Below, piece after piece: positions 30,592 through 38,789 of a stretch of 64,000 nt of DNA. A model generated the notes under the pieces. The model was not told the origin of the DNA. It searched no databases and saw only the letters and a list, made by a program, of their open reading frames with translations. Position 1 is the stretch's first letter. Each line of letters begins with the position of its first letter. This stretch comes from Candidatus Poribacteria bacterium (lineage in GTDB: Bacteria > Poribacteria > WGA-4E > WGA-3G): the NCBI GenBank assembly GCA_965197475.1, contig CBDANF010000003.1, forward strand, positions 2,624,001 through 2,688,000. Direction: 5' to 3'. Both the position numbers and the translations under genes were made by a program.

Positions 30592-31632
30592 TTACGAGTC
30601 GCGTAAAGCCTCCAGACTCTCCGTATAAGGCTGTCTTGCGATACCTTTTTCTGTAATAATTGCGGTGACTAATGACGCAGGTGTAACGTCAAAAGCAGGG
30701 CTATAGACCTTCACACCTTTAGGTGCTGTAAGTTTACCGAACCCTTCTGTTACCTCTTCTGCTGAACGCTGCTCAATAGGAATCTCAGCACCGTTTTCCA
30801 ACGCAAAATCCAAAGTTGATGTCGGTGCAGCAACATAAAAAGGGATGTCGTGTGCCTGCGCGAGGATGGCTACATTATAGGTGCCGATCTTATTCGCAGT
30901 ATCTCCGTTCGCGGCAATCCGATCTGCCCCAACAATAACACACTGAATTTTGCCCTCTTTCATCACCTGCGCAGCCATATTATCACAGATAAGCGTAACG
31001 TCAATACCTGCTTGCATCAGCTCCCACGTGGTGAGGCGCGCGCCTTGTAGCAAGGGGCGAGTCTCATCAGCAAAAACCTGAATCTGCTTACCTGCCTCAT
31101 GTGCGCTGAACATTACGGCTAATGCTGTGCCGTAGTCGGACGTTGCCAATCCGCCAGCATTGCAGTGCGTCAAAATCGTATCGTTTTCATTGAGCAACGC
31201 CATGCCGTGTTGCCCGATAGCACGACACATCGCTTTATCCTCTTCAATAATCTCCTCCGCCTCCGCAAGCAGCACAGTTTTCAGTTCGGGAATTGGAAGG
31301 TGACTATTCTCTTCCGCTGTCCTCGTCATTCTATCAAGTGCCCAAAAGAGATTAACAGCTGTCGGTCGTGATGTTGCAAGGTAATCAGTCGCAGATTTGA
31401 GCTCTGCCGCAAACGCGTCATAACTTTTTGCCGTAGAATTCCAAATGCCGAGCACGGCACCCAAAGCACCCGCGATGCCGATCGCAGGCGCGCCTCGTAC
31501 GCGTAAGGATTTAATCGCTTCCCAAATTGATGGAAGGTCATCACAATAAATCTGTTTGAATTCGTTGGGCAGCAGTGTTTGATCTATTAACTTTATTCTA
31601 CCATTTGCCCATTCAATCGTTGAAACTGCCAT
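30592..31632 (-). CDS. mtnA: S-methyl-5-thioribose-1-phosphate isomerase
   Basis: DQTLLP, VRGAPAIG, RPTAVNLFWAL, LTHCNAGGLAT, ETRPLLQGARLT and GDTANKIGTY motifs; RBS gaggagg before ATG 31632. Confidence 0.96.
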   Translation of the reverse strand: MAVSTIEWANGRIKLIDQTLLPNEFKQIYCDDLPSIWEAIKSLRVRGAPAIGIAGALGAVLGIWNSTAKSYDAFAAELKSATDYLATSRPTAVNLFWALDRMTRTAEENSHLPIPELKTVLLAEAEEIIEEDKAMCRAIGQHGMALLNENDTILTHCNAGGLATSDYGTALAVMFSAHEAGKQIQVFADETRPLLQGARLTTWELMQAGIDVTLICDNMAAQVMKEGKIQCVIVGADRIAANGDTANKIGTYNVAILAQAHDIPFYVAAPTSTLDFALENGAEIPIEQRSAEEVTEGFGKLTAPKGVKVYSPAFDVTPASLVTAIITEKGIARQPYTESLEALRDS

Positions 31633-31721
31633 TTTTGCGTTAGTATCCTCCTCATATAGTAAAGTATAGAAATACGTAGACAGGCTTGTAAACGCGCCTA
31701 AAACGCTCGCTTGTAAATCGA

Positions 31722-31752
31722 AAGAAAAACCGTGTTGAATTTCCAACACGGT
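31722..31752 (-). terminator. Intrinsic terminator after the lipoprotein gene
   Basis: accgtgttg...caacacggt followed by a U-run on the minus strand. Confidence 0.75.
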
Positions 31753-31760
31753 AAGACTAA

Positions 31761-33059
31761 TTATCGCACGTACGCTTTTAGAGCTTCCGTGAGTTCATCT
31801 GATAGTTTTTTTGATGCCTCAAGTACCATAACCTCTTCAATAGGCGGATTCTCTTTTTCACGCGAGACAAGAACATGGTCATTTGCGTATAATGCTGTTT
31901 CGTTACCTGTAAATGTTCCCCATTCCGATTTGAATTCATGCTTTGTGGTAAAGTTATCTGCTTTCTTAAGTTCGGCGGTTTGCGCGTCAAGGATTTTGTA
32001 GGAACCGATAATTGAAACAGAAGATGTCAATTGATAATGCAGAAGTTTGGCAGTGACAGTTACATCAGAGTACTTAGGTCTCGTTTTGGTTTTGCCGTTT
32101 TTATCAACGTACTTTTCTGTTCCTGTCTTCTTATGTTCTGTCCTTTTTCGATTCAATGTTGCCCTTTTGGTTTCTGGAGGAATATAGATAATCTGGGTAA
32201 TTTGTCCGATAACTATTTCGTGCACACCGAGAATCTTTCCTATACTGGCAACTGTTTGCTTATCAGCCAATCCAGTAAAACTTAAGTCTTGTTCGGCTAT
32301 AACTTGTTCAAGATGATTTCGGGAAACAATCGTTAGGAACTCAGTCGCCGCCTTATCGTTCAGGATACTACTGATGATATTGTCAGTGATTGTCTCTGAA
32401 AGGGCACCGTAGGCACGTCCTTTCCCACTTTTATCCTCAAACGTCAGAATTGCAATCCTCTTAGCACCAGCACTTCGAGCTTGTTCATAACGGGTACGGG
32501 TATCCTTGTAACCAGTGATGAATTCTTCAACCATTTTGAATTCTTTGGCGGCGTGCTTCTGAATATCAGGATCATCGGATAAATCCGCAAGGCGAATCCC
32601 TTCTCGGTAGTGTGCTTCCGCAGCTTTTGTTGAGGCTTCATTAAATTGGGGGACGTAATCCTTTGTCTCAAAGGTAATTCGCTGCAAAGTCTTCTTATGC
32701 GTTAAGGGGGGTAGACTTTTCACCAGTGTATTGATTTTGATAAGACCTCTGTACTCCACCACGATCTGATCCCATCTGAACCTGTCCGATCTTCTTTCAA
32801 GGGCTTTTATCCTGGTTTGACGTACCTCCACTGCGGCATCGAAAAATGTGGTGACAAAGTTTTGTGCCACTTCATAGTCTGGCTTATGTTTCAACGCCAT
32901 GACTGCATCGCGTAAGGCAGCTTCATAATCGTTAACCCGATAATTTGCTTGCGCCCTTTCCATGAGTTTACCGTGTTTACCGGCACAACCCATTAGGCAT
33001 AATGACGCTAATATCAGAGTTAGCAGACCAAGATAAAGTGAATTTTTCATAGAAATCAT
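31761..33059 (-). CDS. Lipoprotein with TPR-like helices and CsgG/HfaB-like domain
   Basis: Lipobox LMGC; RIAIL.F, VSR..LEQVIAEQ.L..TG and IGKILGV..IVIGQIT motifs. Confidence 0.78.
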   Translation of the reverse strand: MISMKNSLYLGLLTLILASLCLMGCAGKHGKLMERAQANYRVNDYEAALRDAVMALKHKPDYEVAQNFVTTFFDAAVEVRQTRIKALERRSDRFRWDQIVVEYRGLIKINTLVKSLPPLTHKKTLQRITFETKDYVPQFNEASTKAAEAHYREGIRLADLSDDPDIQKHAAKEFKMVEEFITGYKDTRTRYEQARSAGAKRIAILTFEDKSGKGRAYGALSETITDNIISSILNDKAATEFLTIVSRNHLEQVIAEQDLSFTGLADKQTVASIGKILGVHEIVIGQITQIIYIPPETKRATLNRKRTEHKKTGTEKYVDKNGKTKTRPKYSDVTVTAKLLHYQLTSSVSIIGSYKILDAQTAELKKADNFTTKHEFKSEWGTFTGNETALYANDHVLVSREKENPPIEEVMVLEASKKLSDELTEALKAYVR

Positions 33060-33127
33060 AGATTTTCCTCCTTTCAATTCAGTGTATAGACTAAACTGTA
33101 AACGGAATTAGCTAGTATTGAGAACAC

Positions 33128-36052
33128 CTACTTCCTTATGAGCATTTTTCGTGTAGCAGAGAATTTTCCTGCTGTGAACGTATAGAAATAAACCCCACTC
33201 GCCACAGATTCACCCAGAGCATTTTTACCATCCCAATACGCAGCGTTGCTCCGATGATGATACATCCCAACTGGCTGATGCCCCAAATCCAACTGCCGAA
33301 TCAATTTGCCATCCGCAGTGTAGATTGAGATGCTAACGTCAGCGGGCGTAGCGAGTTGATAAGGTATCCACGTCTCAGGATTAAACGGGTTCGGATAGTT
33401 CGGCAGGAGTGCGGTTGCTTTCGGCGTCAACGACTTCAAAAGACTTTCCAGCATAAGGATACCACGCTGAAAATCGGGATTATCCAAGTTAATCTGCCGC
33501 GCTTCTTTTAGCCATGCTTCTACCGTTGCGCGTATCGGCATATCTTTCTCATTGACGCTCCATAAGGCAGGCGCAGCATCAGCCGTATTTCCAAACGCCG
33601 CTGCGACAAGTGTCAAATCAACGATATTTACAACACCATCGCCATTGACATCAGCAACATTTTCTCCTTGCTTGCCGAAGTTAGACGCAACTAAGGTTAG
33701 GTCTATAATGTTGACCACACCATCTTCATTCACATCTTCTGGCAGTTTCGGAGGTATGATTATCTCAGCGTCTTCTGTTTGTGGGACTGAACTACCCCCC
33801 GCGCTATCGGTCAATAGGACATCAGACAAACGCACGGTAGAGTCTTTGACAGCAACGACTTCAAATGTGATCGTGGCAAGTGTGCCATCCCCCATAGTTT
33901 CTCCAGCAAAAGACGATGCCGCAAGCTGAACGTTATTCCCTTCAGCAATAGGTGAAATAAAAAACGCACCTTCAGGCAGATAGTCCCCGTTTTTACTGGA
34001 GACGTAACTGAGCGCAGAGGTGTCGTAGGAGACAGTCGCTTGATATCCAGCAACGTTCGTACCGTCTGTGATAGTGATGGGTAACGTTAGCAGTTCTCCG
34101 ATTGTGAGCGACTGCACAGGCGTGAACGAAATACGCACCGTGGTGGCTGTAGTAGGTGATGGAATAGTTTGTGTAGAGGCAGATGGGGTGGCTTCCCACA
34201 AAAGCACGGTGCCATCCGAACTCCCACTTGCGAGGGTGTTGCCATCAGGACTAAACGCTACGCTGAAGACCGAATACGTATGTCCTCGTAGTGTTCGTAT
34301 ATGTGTGCCTGTGTCTACATTCCAAAGACGGATCGTCTCGTCCCTACTCCCACTTGCGAGCGTGTTGCCATCAGGACTAAACGCTACGCTGCGGACCGAA
34401 TCCGTATGTCCTCGTAGTGTTCGTATATGTGTGCCTGTGTCTACATTCCAAAGACGGATCGTCCCGTCCCTACTCCCACTTGCGAGCGTGTTGCCATCAG
34501 GACTAAACGCTACGCTGCGGACCAAATCCGTATGTCCTTGTAGTGTTCGTATATGTGTGCCTGTGTCTACATTCCAAAGACGGATCGTCCTGTCATCACT
34601 CCCACTTGCGAGCGTGTTGCCATCAGGACTAAACGCTACGCTGCGGACCAAATCCGTATGTCCTTGTAGTGTTCGTATATGTGTGCCTGTGTCTACATTC
34701 CAAAGACGGATCGTCCTGTCATCACTCCCACTTGCGAGCGTGTTGCCATCAGGACTAAACGCTACGCTTTCGACGAAAGACGTATGTCCTCGTAGTGTTC
34801 GTATATGTGTGCCTGTGTCTACATTCCAAAGACGGATCGTCTCGTCCAAACTCCCACTTGCGAGCGTGTTGCCATCAGGACTAAACGCTACGCTGAAGAC
34901 CGAATACGTATGTCCTCGTAGTGTTCGTATATGTGTGCCTGTGTCTACATTCCAAAGACGGATCGTAGCGTCCAAACTCCCACTTGTGAGCGTGTTGCCA
35001 TCAGGACTAAACGCTACGCTGTAGACCGAATACGTATGTCCTCGTAGTGTTCGTATATGTGTGCCTGTGTCTACATTCCAAAGACGGATCGTCCTGTCCG
35101 AACTCCCACTTGCAAGGGTGTTGCCATCAGGACTAAACGCTACGCTTTCGACGAAAGACGTATGTCCTCGTAGTGTTCGTATATGTGTGCCTGTGTCTAC
35201 ATTCCAAAGACGGATCGTAGCGTCCAAACTCCCACTTGTGAGCGTGTTGCCATCAGGACTAAACGCTACGCTGTAGACCGAATACGTATGTCCTCGTAGT
35301 GTTCGTATATGTGTGCCTGTGTCTACATTCCAAAGACGGATCGTATCGTCCCAACTCCCACTTGCGAGCGTGTTGCCATCAGGACTAAACGCTACGCTGA
35401 AGACCGAATCCGTATGTCCTCGTAGTGTTCGTATATGTGTGCCTGTGTCTACATTCCAAAGACGGATCATATCGTCATCGCCCAAACTCCCACTCCCACT
35501 TGCGAGGGTGTTGCCATCAGGACTAAACGCTACGCTGTAGACCCAACCCGTATGTCCTCGTAGTGTTCGTATATGTGTGCCTGTGTCTACATTCCAAAGA
35601 CGGATCGTCTCGTCCAAACTCCCACTTGCGAGCGTGTTGCCATCAGGACTAAACGCTACGCTGTAGACCGAATCCGTATGTCCTCGTAGTGTTCGTATAT
35701 GTGTGCCTGTGTCTACATTCCAAAGACGGATCGTAGCGTCCGAACTCCCACTTGCGAGCGTGTTGCCATCAGGACTAAACGCTACGCTTTCGACCCAATC
35801 CGTATGCCCGGTGAATAGGTCTAATTCTTCACCTGTCTGTGCATCATAGATCCAAACGCCGATACTACTCGCAACTGCCAGCTTGGTGCCATCGGGTGAA
35901 TACTTTACTTCATTGACAGTACCTTTCCCGAGACGTGCTTTCGCGCCATCGGGCAAACCCCACTGTGTGTAGTCTTGGGCAAAGGTATTTGGTATGTATA
36001 GGGTTGAAACAAGAATGAGCATGAAAAAAATAGAAAATTGTGTCTTTTTCAT
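33128..36052 (-). CDS. Secreted WD40 repeat protein with cohesin-like, dockerin-like and C-terminal FlgD-Ig/T9SS-like domains
   Basis: RBS aaggag; signal peptide; 14 WD40 blades; GYQATV.YD...GDGTLATITFEV (cohesin-like); two DVNxDGVVNIxDL motifs; NYPNPFNPETWIPY...WDG.N..GE.VASGVYFY. Confidence 0.92.
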   Translation of the reverse strand: MKKTQFSIFFMLILVSTLYIPNTFAQDYTQWGLPDGAKARLGKGTVNEVKYSPDGTKLAVASSIGVWIYDAQTGEELDLFTGHTDWVESVAFSPDGNTLASGSSDATIRLWNVDTGTHIRTLRGHTDSVYSVAFSPDGNTLASGSLDETIRLWNVDTGTHIRTLRGHTGWVYSVAFSPDGNTLASGSGSLGDDDMIRLWNVDTGTHIRTLRGHTDSVFSVAFSPDGNTLASGSWDDTIRLWNVDTGTHIRTLRGHTYSVYSVAFSPDGNTLTSGSLDATIRLWNVDTGTHIRTLRGHTSFVESVAFSPDGNTLASGSSDRTIRLWNVDTGTHIRTLRGHTYSVYSVAFSPDGNTLTSGSLDATIRLWNVDTGTHIRTLRGHTYSVFSVAFSPDGNTLASGSLDETIRLWNVDTGTHIRTLRGHTSFVESVAFSPDGNTLASGSDDRTIRLWNVDTGTHIRTLQGHTDLVRSVAFSPDGNTLASGSDDRTIRLWNVDTGTHIRTLQGHTDLVRSVAFSPDGNTLASGSRDGTIRLWNVDTGTHIRTLRGHTDSVRSVAFSPDGNTLASGSRDETIRLWNVDTGTHIRTLRGHTYSVFSVAFSPDGNTLASGSSDGTVLLWEATPSASTQTIPSPTTATTVRISFTPVQSLTIGELLTLPITITDGTNVAGYQATVSYDTSALSYVSSKNGDYLPEGAFFISPIAEGNNVQLAASSFAGETMGDGTLATITFEVVAVKDSTVRLSDVLLTDSAGGSSVPQTEDAEIIIPPKLPEDVNEDGVVNIIDLTLVASNFGKQGENVADVNGDGVVNIVDLTLVAAAFGNTADAAPALWSVNEKDMPIRATVEAWLKEARQINLDNPDFQRGILMLESLLKSLTPKATALLPNYPNPFNPETWIPYQLATPADVSISIYTADGKLIRQLDLGHQPVGMYHHRSNAAYWDGKNALGESVASGVYFYTFTAGKFSATRKMLIRK
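34195..35810 (-). repeat. 13 near-identical 126-bp WD40-coding tandem repeats
   Basis: Unit tccaaagacggatc...gtgcctgtgtctacat repeats throughout; differences are concentrated at five codons; one copy has a 12-bp insertion. Confidence 0.97.
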
Positions 36053-36073
36053 TATGAAAATTCTCCTTTTATA

Positions 36074-36225
36074 ACCTAAGTTGCCACCTATGTAGCACAA
36101 ACTTTTAGTTTGTGCCTATAAGTGCGCAAACTGAAAGTTTACGCTACAAAACTTTCGCAAATAATACACTTTTATGATTAAAACGGTGTTTACATGTCTA
36201 AAATCTTATAGGTAGCAACTTGGGT
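36074..36225. mobile_element. MITE-like element (ACC(C/T)AAGTTGC ends), copy 1
   Basis: TIRs acctaagttgccacct / aggtagcaacttgggt; flanking TTTTATA duplication; internal inverted GTAG palindrome pair. Confidence 0.8.
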
Positions 36226-36228
36226 TTT

Positions 36229-36354
36229 TATAGTAAAACCCGTAATTATTTGCACATACGGCAGGGAACGTAGGGGCTGGGTAACCCAGCCCCTACAAAG
36301 GTGTTATGTGAGATCCCATCGCGGAGTGTAAACATATTTTCGGATTCTACTATA
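36229..36354. mobile_element. MITE-like element with TATAGTA(A/G)AA ends
   Basis: Imperfect TIR tatagtaaaacccgtaattatttgcaca / tgtaaacatattttcggattctactata; internal perfect palindrome gtaggggctgggtaacccagcccctac. Confidence 0.65.
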
Positions 36355-36654
36355 ATATGTGAGAACGCTTTTAGACCATTCCTTCAAAAGCGCGTAGGTA
36401 AAGTTGAACGGAAAACGAAAAATCACAGACATGAGGATACTTATCCTCAGCAAATATAGGTTAAATCGTAAAAGCCATATCAAGTCAATTATTTATAATA
36501 TTGAGATTAGTAATAATTCTTGACGTGATAATATCATAAACTGAAAAGTGATTCAAATTAAATCTCAAAAGATTTCCTAATTTGTTGAAAAAAAGCATAA
36601 TTCTATGAATTTTTATAAAGATGAACAGTCCTGTTATTTTTATGCACACCATCA

Positions 36655-38292
36655 TTAAATTGGGCATGTCAAGTGACCAAGTTCCTCTGTCAATCGTAAA
36701 TTTTCGGCATAATTGACGGGACAATCAATAACCGAAGGCACATCCTGACTGAATGCATCATTTAGTATTGGAACAAGCTCATCACTGCCTTCAACCCGAT
36801 ATCCCTTAGCCCCAAATGCCTCTGCATATTTCACAAAATCAGGGTTCGTGAAATCAATGTGTGCCGGTCTACCAAAATTGTTCATCTGTTTCCATTCGAT
36901 GAGTCCATACGCCTCATCATTGAAAATAAGTGTAACAAACGGCACGCCCGTTCGCGTAGCGGTTTCAAGTTCCTGTGAGTTCATCAGGAATCCACCGTCA
37001 CCACATACCGCAAGACATTTACGTTCAGGATAAATAAGTTTTGCCACGAACGCCCCTGGAACAGCGATGCCCATAGAGGCAAATCCATTTGAGATGATGC
37101 ATGTATTCGGTTGATAACACGGATACATCCGAGCGATCCACATTTTGTGTGCACCGACATCGGAAATGAGAATATCGTCTTCGGCAAGGACAGAACGGAT
37201 ATCGCTTAAGATCTTTTGCGGTTTCATCGGAAACTCTTTATCATCGCGATGCTCAGTAAGTTGATCGAGAATTATTTTCCGTAAAGTGTTTGAAGCATAT
37301 TCCGCATCTTTCGGATAAATTTCCTGTGCCATCAAATGTCTAATACTCTGTCTAATGTTCCCCACCATTTCGACATCAGTAACGTAAGCAGCATCACTTT
37401 CGCTCGGTTCAGTATCAATATGGACTAGTTTTTTGTCGTGATTGGGATTCCACAGACTTGGATGGTATTCCACAATATCGTATCCAATAGCAATAACCAG
37501 GTCTGCACGGTCAAATCCACATGAGACAAAATCGTGTGCTTGAAGACCGACGCTGAGGAGTGAGAGTCGATGTGTCCACGGAATGCTCCCTTTGCCCATA
37601 AAGGTGTGTGCGACAGGAATATTTGTCATCTCAGCGAATTGGGTTAGAATCCGAGATGCGCCTTGACGAACAACACCGTTGCCTGCAAGGATAATCGGTT
37701 GTTTTGCATCGTTAATTAGTTGTGCGGCACGTTGTAGACAGGATACGACGGGTTCTGCTTCACTGGGAAAATCGTGCCGCATCGGTTCGGCATCAATTTC
37801 CATCTTTGCCACATCTTCTGGAAAGTCAATGTGTGTCGCGCCCGGTTTTTCCCCTGTTGCAGTCTTAAAGGCTTTGCTGATAGATTCAGGAATAATTTCA
37901 GGTAGATGCAAAAGCGTATTCCATTTGGTCATCGGTTTGAAGACTGAAACCACGTCCATATATTGATGCGATTCTTTGTGCATCCTATCTAAACTTGCTT
38001 GCCCTGTGATTGCGACAAGTGGAGCCCTATCCATATTCGCATCAGCAACCCCTGTAACAAGGTTCATCGCACCAGGACCAAGTGTCGCAAGACAGACCCC
38101 TGCCTTGCCTGTCAGACGACCGTACACATCTGCCATGAATGCGGCACCCCGTTCATCGCGCGTCTGAATAAATTGGATCTTAGATTCCAACAAAGCATCC
38201 ATCAAATCCATATTCTCTTCACCCGGTATTCCGAAAATATATTCAACGTCTTCATTCTCCAAACATTTCACAACCAATTCTGATGCTTTCAT
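36655..38292 (-). CDS. ilvB: Acetolactate synthase large subunit-like ThDP enzyme
   Basis: FGIPGEEN, RDERGAAFMAD, ATLGPGA.NL and GDGGF...N ThDP motif. Confidence 0.9.
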   Translation of the reverse strand: MKASELVVKCLENEDVEYIFGIPGEENMDLMDALLESKIQFIQTRDERGAAFMADVYGRLTGKAGVCLATLGPGAMNLVTGVADANMDRAPLVAITGQASLDRMHKESHQYMDVVSVFKPMTKWNTLLHLPEIIPESISKAFKTATGEKPGATHIDFPEDVAKMEIDAEPMRHDFPSEAEPVVSCLQRAAQLINDAKQPIILAGNGVVRQGASRILTQFAEMTNIPVAHTFMGKGSIPWTHRLSLLSVGLQAHDFVSCGFDRADLVIAIGYDIVEYHPSLWNPNHDKKLVHIDTEPSESDAAYVTDVEMVGNIRQSIRHLMAQEIYPKDAEYASNTLRKIILDQLTEHRDDKEFPMKPQKILSDIRSVLAEDDILISDVGAHKMWIARMYPCYQPNTCIISNGFASMGIAVPGAFVAKLIYPERKCLAVCGDGGFLMNSQELETATRTGVPFVTLIFNDEAYGLIEWKQMNNFGRPAHIDFTNPDFVKYAEAFGAKGYRVEGSDELVPILNDAFSQDVPSVIDCPVNYAENLRLTEELGHLTCPI

Positions 38293-38494
38293 CTTTTAAA
38301 CTCCTCAGCACAACGATAAAGTTGTATTTCCTGCGCGAATTCAATACAATTAACTGAGAGAAGTGTATAATTGTTGTATTGCGCTTATAGTTGGGCAATT
38401 TGGTGTATCTATTGCAATGTAATGTATTAAACTTATTATTAACTATAACAGATTACATGGGAAATTACAATTTTATTAGCGTGTATTTCATAAA

Positions 38495-38706
38495 CCTGAT
38501 TTTCTGGAAATCCTGGTTCAGTTTGTAGGTTGGGTAGAGCTTGCGAAACCCAACATTTTTCTTGTGGGAGTGCTTTCTAATCCCGATACTATTCTGTTTT
38601 TCTTCTGGGAGGTTATCTCTTGTGGGAGTGCTTTCCAACTCCGATTTCTTCTGTAGGAGCCGCCAAATACCATACGCGCATTTGGCGTTGATTCGCTACA
38701 CCTATA
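38495..38706 (+). repeat. Cluster of REP-like repeats
   Basis: aatcctggttcag arm; gtaggttgggtagagc..cgaaacccaac; two gtgggagtgcttt copies; gtaggag...acgcgcatttggcgttgattc. Confidence 0.75.
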
Positions 38707-38789
38707 ATTGAGCTCACGTCAATTACTTTTTCTGAAGAAAAGACAGTGGCTTGCAACTAAAGATTCAAAACGGAAGGTTATACCAACTT

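Noticed and set aside
31633-31760. SAM riboswitch upstream of mtnA
   Set aside because: No SAM-I or SAM-II core is visible; the only clear hairpin is the upstream gene's terminator. The ORF extension to 31749 is also rejected in favour of ATG 31632.
34068-35540. Plus-strand ORFs (318, 71 and 75 aa) with repeated sequence
   Set aside because: These are antisense shadows of the WD40 repeats.
34195-35810. CRISPR array or DGR variable region in the tandem repeats
   Set aside because: The units are in-frame 126-bp coding repeats with no unique spacers and no cas genes. Some alleles fit AAT/AAC/AAG templates, but GAA, TTC and GAT exceptions break the pattern, and no RT or template repeat is in the window.
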